NCBI GenBank assembly: GCA_024626585.2
Contig: JANKJI020000004.1
Coordinates: 59,899,086-59,918,065 of the forward strand
Source of the DNA: Ginkgo biloba
Lineage: Eukaryota; Plantae; Ginkgophyta
Direction: 5' to 3'
DNA: 18,980 bases
The translations under genes and the position numbers were made by a program. Position 1 is the stretch's first letter; the number at the start of each line of letters is the position of its first letter. Positions 1-9,835 of the stretch are shown here, piece by piece. The notes beneath the pieces are model-generated. The model made no database searches, had not been told where the DNA came from, and was given only the letters and a program-made list of their open reading frames with translations.

Positions 1-2397
1 TTTTGACCTCATAAATCTCCATAAACTAAAAACGACAACTAACAAAAAGAAAAAAATCGATCCAATGGCTATGAGAACAATGTGTGCTGTATCCAACCTT
101 TTATCTCTGCTCTTTCCCTGCCCACTGCTTGTGGACATACAGGAGTTATCTCCTTGTAAACATAGTCCTGGATTACCCCAGAATGAACTTGGAGACGATT
201 TCCAATACTTAGACCACGACATGGGTACCGATCCTGTGAGCTGATTATGTGAAACATTTACTTGGATCAATGATATCAGCCCCTCAAACGAAGAGGGAAG
301 ATTGCCAGAAAGATTGTTGGATGATAAATCCAATCTCACGAGCATATTCAGGCTCCCTAGCGCCCGTGGGATCGTTCCATTCAGTCTATTCTTGCTCAGA
401 TTCAAAGCAATGGCCAGATTTTTTAGTTGACCAAGTGAAGAAGGAATTTGACCTTCCAGGTAGTTTCCTCCCAGATTTAGTTCCAGTAACCGGTTGAAAT
501 CGGACAAAAAGTCCGGGATGATTCCTCCCAGGTGGTTCTCCTGCAAAGTTAGGCGATTCAATTCCTTCAAATTGGCCAATTCGTTCGGTATTGAACCATT
601 CAGTGAGTTGAAACCCAAGTCCAGATAAAGCAATTGGTCACATGTACCTAGCTCTGGAGGCACACCACCCGTCAAACGATTGGAAGATAAATTCAATGCC
701 TGTAGTTTATAAAGTTGTCCTAATTCCGAAGGAATACTGCCATTAAGCTTATTCATGGAAATGTCTATGGAGCTCAGATTCTTGCACCGCCCCAGACTTG
801 AGGGAATTCTTCCTTCCAGATTGTTACTCTTCATTTCCAGAAATGAAATCTTGGGATTGGAAACCACGAAATCTGGGATAACACCACTGAGATTATTGTA
901 GCTCACTCTCAATCGCCTCAAGCTCGAACAGTTGCCGATACTCGAGGGAATTTTTCCTTCCAAAAGATTGTTTCCCACAACTAGAAGCTCCAGCTGACCA
1001 AAAAAGCAGAGTGTTGAAGGAATTGTTCCCGTGAATCGGTTTCCCGTCAAGTCGACTCCTTCAAGACTGCTGTTGGCACCCAATCCGGGCGGGATTGGGC
1101 CGGAAAGTTGGTTATCTGCCAGATAAATTTTTTTAAGATGTTTGAGATTGCAAATCTGGGGATGAACATGTCCCTGCAGCTTGTTGTCGGTTAAAAGCAG
1201 AAATTCCAGACTCTTGATTTCGAAAATCTGGACAGGGATTGAGCCCTGCAGTGAATTCCTATGCAACCAAAGAACTTGGAGATTCTGCAGTCGACCCAAA
1301 TCCGGAGGTATGCGCCCGGTAATAGTATTGTTGTGTAGCCTCAATTCTTTCAAATGTGTGCAGTTGCCAAATTCTGGGGGAATTTCACCGGACAAAGAAT
1401 TATCAGGCAAGTAAAGCTCGGAGAGAGACTGAAGCCAACCAAAAGAAGAGGGTATGGATCCTGTGAGTCGATTCAGGGACAATGAAATTATTGAAATGCT
1501 GCACATCCCTCTCGGAAAATTCTTGTGCAACAAGATTGGAAGTGAGCCTGGGAGCAAAGTGATTGGTCACAATGGCACATATTTTTTGTACTCGAGGTGA
1601 CTAGTGCAATTGCCCAGCTGTTTGGGAATTTTACCCTCAAGATTATTGGTACCGGCATAGAGATATCTTAAACTTGTAAGCCCACCGAAGCTTTGAGGCA
1701 ACTCTCCAACTAGTTGATTGTCGTAAAGCTCGAGTTCCGTGAGATTACTACAGTTACCTATAGACGAAGGTATTCTTCCTGATAACGAATTCTCTGCGAA
1801 ACTGAGGCTGGAAAGCCTGGTGAGATTTCCAACATCTGACAGAATCTCACCACTCAAATCGTTGACGTTCAGGTGAAGAATCTCCAAAAGCGAAAGACCG
1901 AAAATGGACAGGGGAATGCTTCCGTTAAGCATGTTGTCGTCGAGGGCCAAATGCTTCAGTTTTTTGAGACGACCCAATTCCGCCGGGATTTCACCTTGTA
2001 GATGATTTCCGCCCAGGTCTACATATTCCAACTGGATGCAATTTCCCAGCTGCGGAGGAATGACGCCGGAGAGGCTGTTCAACGTCAAATCCAATGTCGT
2101 CAAGTTTTGTAAGCGACCGATATCCGGCGACAAGTTCCCCGAAATCCCAAGGCCCGAGAGATTGAGAGAACTAACTGTATGATCTTCGTGGCAGGCGATT
2201 CCTTCCCAACTGCAAGGGAGTTCATCCGAAGAATTCCAGCTATGGAGAGGCTTGAAAGGCGGTTGAAGATGATTAAGAAGAGAGAGAAGAACTCTTCCGT
2301 TCTGGCTTAGTCCGTCAACACCTGCAACATGTTGCCCCAACCAAGCCAGGCCAAGTAGAAGCCACATTGTTACTGCCACTGGCCCTTTACAAAACAT
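1..2397 (-). CDS. LRR receptor-like kinase, PEPR1/INRPK1-like (LRR-RLK XI): ectodomain plus TM; 3'-partial; one in-frame stop at 1569-1567
   Basis: ATG at 2397 (alternative 2367); upstream in-frame TAG at 2442-2440. Signal peptide MWLLLGLAWLGQHVAGVDG and N-cap SWNSSDELPCSWEGIAC. Manual translation in the same frame past the TGA is open from 1566 to base 1: ...ISLSLNRLTGSIPSSFG...GLGANSSLEGVDLTGNRFTGTIPSTLC...DLGFNSLNGSIP...LQENHLGGIIPDFLSDFNRLLELNLGGNYLEGQIPSSLGQLKNLAIALNLSKN...SSPSSFWGNPGLC, then TM IVLIAIGSIFFFLLVVVFSLW (81-19) and basic RFMRSK. About 26 LxxLxLxxNxLxGxIP repeats counted. The kinase domain is inferred from the family, not seen. Confidence 0.9.
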
Positions 2398-3318
2398 TGT
2401 GGAATTCAATCCAGCGGATCGCAAATTTCCACCGAGTTTCTAGAAAAGATCTATGTAGAAGGTTTCGATGAATACAATATTATCGATTCTGGACGTGGCA
2501 GATTCGATTCACATGAGTTAAAGCGAGCAGAATGGAGTTGATTGGTTCGATCCACATTCATCAAAACAATCTAAGCACTATTCACTCCGTCAATAAACGT
2601 ACGCACTCGTTAAGGTTGGCCCTGAGATACCCATCTTATCCAGAGAGCAACAGAATCTGAAAGTTCCCTGGGATCGAAACTTTTTAGTGCTACTATAAGG
2701 TGAGATTAGATTTAATGTTTTCCCAATTCAATGTCATTTTTCTAGAGTTACATGGAGAACAGATGAATTAATAAATCNNNNNNNNNNNNNNNNNNNNNNN
2801 NNNNNNNNNNNNNNNNNNNNNNNNNNNNNNNNNNNNNNNNNNNNNNNNNNNNNNNNNNNNNNNNNNNNNNNNNNNNNCATTATCTTATAATAGGTAATTA
2901 CGTACGGATGGTGGTTGGGTTGTTCAACCACCTCTGACCCTTATACATCAGTGTATGTTGTCAATGGAGAGGGGAGGAGGATGTGAGAAAATCCCTATCC
3001 ATTGTACTACATAGGGTAGTCCCAAGTTCAGGACTGCCCCTCTTCTTAATAGAATTTCTGTTCTCAAATCCTTGTGTGTGTGTCTCTCATGAATGGTTGG
3101 CTGGATAATCTCCCGTTGGCAATCCCTTGGCCAACATTTGGCGTTGTTGAGTGTGTTCAAACCCAGAGTTACACCCATGATAAAGCTCTGCTAGGTGACA
3201 GTAGCAAAGGGATACAAGAATCTAAATCTTAGTAATGGAGATGTAGTAAATGGAGATAAAGTCGATTATTTTTTGTTATTATGGTTGTTACAGTANNNNN
3301 NNNNNACACCTCTATTGT

Positions 3319-3743
3319 GCATACTTTAGATCCATGTTGATGGGTGTAGATATTGGAATGAGAGTAGTATGCGATGGGCGCGATCCTAAACATAATGTTT
3401 GGAGCAATTTCAAATAGCATAATTTATTAATCCATGTTTCTCTCATACAAGTAGACAACAACCTCCCTCGATGGCATCCTGATCTAGAGGAGGTATTTGA
3501 TGCAATTATCTGTGATCCACCATATGGTGTTTGTGTTGGGGGTCAAAAGAATCAGGCGGAAGAAAGTTGCTAAAAGGAGTAGTAGGCCCATACGTCATAC
3601 CAATTGATAGGAGGAGAGACCACATACCATTAATAACTCCTTACAATCTAGTTGAATGAGTATAGGATTTATTAGATGTTGTTGCTCGCATATTAGTCAT
3701 GGGTGGAAGGCTTATTTTCTTTTATTTTGTTGCAAGAGATGAG
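3319..3743 (+). pseudogene. TRM11: Decayed fragment of tRNA (guanine(10)-N2)-methyltransferase TRM11, catalytic region
   Basis: Translation AYFRSMLMGVDIGMRVVCDGRDPKHNVWSNFK*HNLLIHVSLIQVDNNLPRWHPDLEEVFDAIICDPPYGVCVGGQK / 2-nt frameshift at 3550-3551 / SGGRKLLKGVVGPYVIPIDRRRDHIPLITPYNLVE*V*DLLDVVARILVMGGRLIFFYFVARDE. It matches recalled plant TRM11 (NVWSNFKQY..ADNNLPPWRPGLKEVFDAIICDPPYGVRAGGRKSGGRKLLKG..MLVMGGRL). Stops at 3415, 3657 and 3663. The left end abuts the N gap 3296-3305. Confidence 0.9.
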
Positions 3744-3749
3744 TTCTTA

Positions 3750-3971
3750 GCACATTCACTCATGTTTGGAGCACATATCCTAATGTTAAGGAGAGTGATA
3801 AGAAAATGATCCGCAATTCTCAGGATTTTATCTATGTGTATGTGGATTTTATCTATGTGTCTGTGGATGGTGTATAGTGCTATGAGCAGAGACATCGTCA
3901 TCATCACTTTGAATTTTTTTGGTATGCCAATGGACTTAGCGCAGATCGTGGTACATTACAAAAAGAGTTAA
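3750..3971 (+). pseudogene. Decayed SWEET (MtN3/saliva) sugar transporter C-terminal fragment, clade I/SWEET3-like
   Basis: Same frame as the TRM11 3' part: AHSLMFGAHILMLRRVIRK*SA...LWMVYSAMSRDIVIITLNFFGMPMDLAQIVVHYKKS*. It aligns by eye to SWEET SxxMYGSPLxxMxxVIxTKSV...LWMxYGxxSxDxxIxxPNxxGxPxGxxQxxLY. The EFMPF core is replaced by a 21-nt duplication. Confidence 0.6.
3823..3868. repeat. 21-nt tandem duplication
   Basis: ggattttatctatgtgtatgt (3823-3843), ggattttatctatgtgtctgt (3844-3864), then ggat. Confidence 0.95.
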
Positions 3972-4302
3972 TTTAAATCTTGTCAGAGGATATCATCGCC
4001 ACAGTACAGGTTAAGGGAATTTTTAGCTATCGGAGGAAATACTGCAGGTTGCGCGTTCTGTTCACATCGAATGTCCGAGGAGGACAACAGGTTTGTGTCG
4101 AATATTGGAGGCCGAAGCACGTCGATTGTTAGAGCTCTGTTTGGTGCCATCAAAGGTCCATGCCGTGGTGTCATTCGTCATTAGATGCATGCCCGGAAGA
4201 ACAACGTTGTCGGTAGAGTTTGCACTAGTGTTGGAGGTTCAAAGATTTCATTTGTCAGACCTTTTCTTCACGTCGGTTTTCCTCGAACCGATGAGTGGAT
4301 TT

Positions 4303-4331
4303 TCTCGTCGGTTTGGGTCAAACCGACGAGA
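4303..4331. repeat. Perfect 13-bp GC-rich inverted repeat (hairpin)
   Basis: tctcgtcggtttg-ggt-caaaccgacgaga. A weaker copy of the same motif (cgtcggtt...aaccgatg) is at 4271-4293. Confidence 0.9.
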
Positions 4332-4622
4332 TTTCATGACANNNNNNNNNNNNNNNNNNNNNNNNNNNNNNNNNNNNNNNNNNNNNNNNNNNNNNNNNNN
4401 NNNNNNNNNNNNNNNNNNNNNNNNNNNNNNNNNNNNNNNNNAAAAGGGTCTGCGAGAGGAGTTCCTCTCTCCTATCACGGATTCCCCTTCTTTTTTAGTA
4501 TAATAGTATAGATAAAATATAATAAAAATAGAGTGTATTTCTTAATCATTAGTAATCAATTGAGAAAAAAATTATAATTTAAACACTATATGAGAATGAT
4601 GCTAAATCAAGTAGTTCGATAA

Positions 4623-7145
4623 GGGAGAATCTTCAAATGGGTCTTTATGTTGTAGAAGAATGACTTTAAAATGATGACTAAAGAGAATAGGGGGCACCAT
4701 ATTACAAATTAATTTTTCAAATAAATTGATAATAATCTAACACATCCAAAGTAATAACACTTAAAGGGAATCATATTCCTAGATGAAGTTATCTTTTTAA
4801 TCATGAATCATTTGGTATGCTATGACCACACTAAACAATATGTGTTAACTCAAACATTTACAAAAGGCATAAGATAGGAAGAGAATAGGAAAGTAAAAAT
4901 TCAAAGTTCTAAATATATATAGCTAGGAGATGCTCTATATCAATAACACTTAAATGGAATTATACTTTGGTGTATGGATCACATATAGGTATGAGAAATT
5001 CTCGAGTAGTGTTATGAGGGCATCCTTGGAGGTCATTTTATCAAGTGATAAAATAAATAAGAAGGCCATTAGAGAAACGATTTACTTAACCACCTATGTT
5101 TGAAGTTACCCATCATTTCATTGAGGATTATAAGAGTTTCCAGTAAAAGTATTGAAGGGTAATGTTATTAAGATCAATTAATACAATCACACCCTTTACA
5201 AAGTGGGACTTGAATTATATTGATTTCACCATGATTTCTTTGAATAATTTCTAAAACTTATTAGATTCTAAAATTTATTAGAAAATATTAGTCTGCACCC
5301 ATGGTAATGAATTACTATGGGTTATACGCGGGACCCCACACTCTCCACCATCCCATCCCCTCCATCTGACCACCTCCTCCCCTGCCCTGCTTTCCCCCCT
5401 CTATCTTGTTAGAATAAATGAGGGCACGAGGGGAGGGGGTGCAGGGAGTAAATGAGGGCACGACCCTCATTTANNNNNNNNNNNNNNNNNNNNNNNNNNN
5501 NNNNNNNNNNNNNNNNNNNNNNNNNNNNNNNNNNNNNNNNNNNNNNNNNNNNNNNNNNNNNNNNNNNNNNNNNNNNNNNNNNNNNNNNNNNNNNNNNNNN
5601 NNNNNNNNNNNNNNNNNNNNNNNNNNNNNNNNNNNNNNNNNNNNNNNNNNNNNNNNNNNNNNNNNNNNNNNNNNNNNNNNNNNNNNNNNNNNNNNNNNNN
5701 NNNNNNNNNNNNNNNNNNNNNNNNNNNNNNNNNNNNNNNNNNNNNNNNNNNNNNNNNNNNNNNNNNNNNNNNNNNNNNNNNNNNNNNNNNNNNNNNNNNN
5801 NNNNNNNNNNNNNNNNNNNNNNNNNNNNNNNNNNNNNNNNNNNNNNNNNNNNNNNNNNNNNNNNNNNNNNNNNNNNNNNNNNNNNNNNNNNNNNNNNNNN
5901 NNNNNNNNNNNNNNNNNNNNNNNNNNNNNNNNNNNNNNNNNNNNNNNNNNNNNNNNNNNNNNNNNNNNNNNNNNNNNNNNNNNNNNNNNNNNNNNNNNNN
6001 NNNNNNNNNNNNNNNNNNNNNNNNNNNNNNNNNNNNNNNNNNNNNNNNNNNNNNNNNNNNNNNNNNNNNNNNNNNNNNNNNNNNNNNNNNNNNNNNNNNN
6101 NNNNNNNNNNNNNNNNNNNNNNNNNNNNNNNNNNNNNNNNNNNNNNNNNNNNNNNNNNNNNNNNNNNNNNNNNNNNNNNNNNNNNNNNNNNNNNNNNNNN
6201 NNNNNNNNNNNNNNNNNNNNNNNNNNNNNNNNNNNNNATTGAGGATTATAAGAGTTTCCAGTAAAATTATTAAAGGGTAATGTTATTAAGGTCAATTAAT
6301 ACAATCATACCCTTTACAAAGTGGGATTTGAATTATATTGATTTCACCATGATTTCTTTTTTAATCCATAATAATATTATTATGGCCATAAACTATTCAA
6401 TCAAATGGGCATAAGTTATATCTATTTAACTATTATATAAAGGGACTATAAAAAGGCTTATCCTATGATATATAGTGTGACAATTCAGAGTCCCCATGGA
6501 GTTGGTATTTGATCAAGGGATACATTTTTTGAAATGATGTAATGTAAGGGATAACATATTAATTAATTATCAATCAGAGATTCCTAACATATTATCACTC
6601 ACAAGGTAATCATCTATGAATATTCTAAGAAAGATAATGGTGTGACATAAAAAGGATTAGTGTCTCAATATTGACTTTACATTATGGGATTATAGGACTA
6701 CACCATGAGGTTTCAACCAAGGTTGTTTCATTCTCATTAGTTTATGGCGAAGAGTTTATTTTTTCTATTATCTTTAAGGTGGAAGTATTATGAATTTCCT
6801 AGGTCAACTTTTAATAGTAAACCAAATAGGCATATGCCTATTTAACTATGGTACTTCAAATGGATAAAAAATAATTAATTATGATATAAAATATAAAAGC
6901 CTATTAATTTAAGATGCAAGGGAAGTTAGAAAATAAAATATAGTGCCAATCAATTCAATAAAGGAAATTTGGTGTTATCTTTGATATAAGGTGAATGAGA
7001 AATATATTGAGGAGTTTGGTTCCATATGGTGGGACCATATTATTTTTGTGAGGATCGATGTAAATCTTACAAATTGATTACCTTAGATGGATGGAAGCTA
7101 CGTAATCCATTTAATGAAGAGATACTATAGCATTACATTACCTAA
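4623..7145 (+). mobile_element. Decayed Ty3/gypsy (non-chromovirus, Athila/Tat-like) pol: RNase H end plus integrase
   Basis: Motifs in correct order: GRIFKWVFML (4623; GRIARWxLLL), FLDEVIF..WY, LGDALYQ*HLNGIILWC, EILE*CYEGILGGHF (4995-5039; Zn-finger), PFTKWDLNY..IIMAINYSIKWA (PFxKWGIDF..AVDYFTKW), FRVPMELVFDQGIHF (from 6484), LWDYRTT, GPY (7032-7040), LITLDG..PFN..L*HY, TAA 7143-7145. Many stops and frameshifts; interrupted by 5242-5473 and an N gap. No LTRs recognised. Confidence 0.85.
5120..6359 (+). repeat. ~122-bp direct repeat of integrase sequence (5120-5241 and 6238-6359)
   Basis: Both copies read attgaggattataagagtttccagtaaaa...atgatttcttt, with 5 substitutions by my count. The second copy starts at the edge of the N gap. 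Confidence 0.9.
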
Positions 7146-8587
7146 TAGAGTTTGAGATTTTTATTAAAATTATAAAAATAAAATTCAACATTCAAATTCT
7201 ATAGAAATAGTTTTATAAAGACCAAGAGGATATAAGACTACTCAAATGATATGGCAATGAGTAAGAAAGGTAGAATATACTCTTTATTGTGGTAATATAA
7301 TTATAATTGGTGAATGTTATGTTTCTACATGATAAAATAAAAGGAAAGTAAAAGGTTCAGAGCATTATTGAACTAGGATTTTCTCACTTATATGATTACA
7401 TACCTAGTAGGATAGAATAGTCAAAAGAAGACCCCCATAAGATGTATGACTAATGGATGAAGTAGAGGGAGCCAATTTTTGAAAAGCTATAAGCCAGGGA
7501 TAGTAAACAAGGGAATTAACATCAACATTAAAGTAATACAAACATGTGGAGATAAATAATTTGAATAAACTAGAAAACATGATTATTAGAATGGCATGAA
7601 GAATACGTAGTTTTGGATTCTTAGTTTAGATCAAGTTTCCTTTGCTAGTTGCTAGTTATTGAGTAAAAAAATAACTCAAGAAGTTATAATATAATCATGG
7701 TAAGATAATTAAAGGGTCTACTAGTCTATTAGAATAGGCAATGGAGCACATTGATACTCTTTAATAGATTTTTGTATTATACATTACACCAAGGACTAAG
7801 GATAATAATAATATATGCACCATCTAATAGTCACTTAGTATTCTTCTTATCCAAGTTGCACTTATGAGGGATCATTGGGGATAGGGATGATAGATATTTT
7901 GCTATTAGATAATTTACATTGATCAGATGAAGCTATCATTAGGCATTATGTATGGTAATGGACTTATTAAGGTACTCTTTAAATGATGGTATAATAACAT
8001 CTAACATATAACTTAAGTGGGAACCACTTCATGTTAATGTGATCTCAAACCATTGGAGTGTAGAGAATTAATAAATATTTCTTGGTATTTTAAATAGTTT
8101 CACCTATTGATACATGGTTAGCTATGTATTTCTTTATGAAACTTTGCTAACATAAGTCAAGTACATCACAAATAAGATAAGGCAATGCCATATATTAAAG
8201 GATGAATCCCCTTATTCAAATCATTAATTGAATTAATGAAAGTTGATTGTATCATCTAAAAGTAAATTTATAATTATGATAATAACATAATCTATCTAAT
8301 ATTCACTTAATGATTAAAATACGGATAGTGTATTATGATATGCTCTTTTTTGGCCATGCCGCTGACTTTTCTATAGATAATAAATGACAACTAATTATAA
8401 TTTATTAACTAGCATAGTTCACTCAATCCAACTTTAATTATTTTGTATGACTTGGCATTAAATCACTAAAAAGGAAATAGGATAGCACATACAAACAAGG
8501 TGGCACATTTGAATCCTCCTTCCTATTTTAGGCTATAAAAATATGAGTTTGGTTCTTTAAAAAATTTATGTTTGTTTGATAGAGTTA

Positions 8588-8937
8588 GGGCCACTTCGGA
8601 CTGCCCATTAAACTAAATTAAAATAAAAAAGAACTGATATCCTCTTCACATTGGATTTTGTTAAGAGACTCTACTAAGGACAAGTCTGAATAAAACTTAT
8701 TAAATCACACATTTTTTTGTTGTTTNNNNNNNNNNNNNNNNNNNNNNNNNNNNNNNNNNNNNNNNNNNNNNNNNNNNNNNNNNNNNNNNNNNNNNNNNNN
8801 NNNNNNNNNNNNNNNNNNNNNNNNNAAATAATGGGTATTAAATCATACATTTTTTTGTTGTTTCTTAAAGTACCTCAAAATATTGCACCTCAGTTACTTT
8901 ATTCTATCAACAGATATAGGAGAGTGCGAAGAGGCCC
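8588..8937. mobile_element. Tourist-like (PIF/Harbinger) MITE, copy 1
   Basis: TIRs gggccacttcggact ... agtgcgaagaggccc (13/15 inverted match), flanked by TTA on both sides (8585-8587 and 8938-8940). AT-rich non-coding interior containing a 100-N gap. Confidence 0.85.
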
Positions 8938-9176
8938 TTAGTGAGTGAAGTACTTTATAGCACTAAAGAACTTACAACCTTTGTCTAAGAAGATTTTATG
9001 TGAGATATTATTATAAAAAAAATAGTTGAGGAGGAGTATATATGGAAACATTTTTTTAGGCTCACAAGTTTTGGGAAGATAATGTGAGTTTATTCATAGT
9101 GAATAGGCCAACTTTGTTGTACTAAAATATTGTCAACATTGACGAGAGCACCAATTATTATAAAAGGCTAGTTTGA

Positions 9177-9380
9177 TTAATGAGTAGAGGCTCTAATATG
9201 CCATAACCAGGAGGAGGGATTAGCATGTGGAGAAGGTTCATCCGAAGAATTCCAGCTATGGAGAAGGTTGAAAGGCTGTTGAAGATGATTAAGAAGAAAG
9301 AGAAGAATTATTTCGTTCTGGCTTAGTCCATCAACACCTGCATATTGCCCTACAAAAATTAGGGCAAAGAGGAATGACAT
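9177..9380 (-). pseudogene. Truncated paralogue of the LRR-RLK 5' end (signal peptide plus part of the N-cap), 67-aa ORF
   Basis: 9236-9350 aligns to 2220-2337 with 9 substitutions and one 3-nt deletion. Protein MSFLFALIFVGQYAGVDGLSQNEIILLFLLNHLQQPFNLLHSWNSSDE, after which homology ends abruptly before the PCSW cap cysteines. Confidence 0.9.
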
Positions 9381-9835
9381 CGTGGGTGATATTTTTGTGT
9401 GAGATTAGTTTGGGGAAATAAAAAAATTTAAAAGTCGTTCGCTGAATAATTTTCCTTTCTTTTAAGTGTTTGATAAAATGTCTACAGTTTAGTATTGGTT
9501 TGTCTTGTAGACATTTAAATTTATTATGGTCATGCCAATTAGTGCATCTGCATTTTGTGAAATAGCCTGTGGGGTCATTCATATTCTGTCCCAAAATAAT
9601 ATTGGTAATGACATTATTTTAATTAGAGCGGGCAATGACACCCACTACATGATGTAGTCTTTCTATAAGTAGGTTTCGCTTTTATTTTATAATGTTTGGA
9701 CACCAACATGGTTTTTGACCTTATGGGCGAGAGCAATGGTTCAATCATGATTTATGCATGCTTTGGAATCACTCACTACTACATTTTGCATGCGAAGAAA
9801 GCATGGACATGTTTTAAATTAAGATAACCTCCTTA

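Noticed and set aside
69-1414. Short ORFs 69..257, 249..497 and 1181..1414
   Set aside because: Alternate-frame or antisense shadows of the LRR-RLK coding sequence.
2398-2424. ORF-track start at 2424
   Set aside because: It is a TTG. In a plant nuclear gene the ATG at 2397 or 2367, preceding the signal peptide, is more plausible.
2493-2499. ABRE-like ACGTGGC about 100 nt upstream of the RLK
   Set aside because: A single short motif with no known TSS; it could be chance or lie in the 5' UTR.
2878-3295. ORF 2948..3178 and a small hairpin at 2910-2932
   Set aside because: No recognisable motif in the frames I read, and no terminal signature next to the hairpin.
3229-3420. Minus ORF superficially like LINE ORF1 (LFEIA...KVCTIEV)
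   Set aside because: The plus strand gives a much stronger TRM11 match over the same bases.
5418-6295. 270-274 aa ORFs (also 14418..15026 and other X-rich ORFs)
   Set aside because: Artefacts of translating through N gaps.
7146-8500. Possible extra ORF or LTR downstream of the integrase
   Set aside because: Stop-rich, with no convincing motif, polypurine tract plus TG...CA boundary, or second LTR copy.
8699-8863. 27-nt duplication on either side of the 100-N gap in MITE 1
   Set aside because: Likely contig-end overlap or a MITE-internal repeat; cannot be resolved.
9601-9720. Short inverted similarity to 12615-12650 (tgcccgctct...aaaataa) and a W-box TTGACC at 9715
   Set aside because: Too short and AT-rich to support a shared element or a regulatory call.
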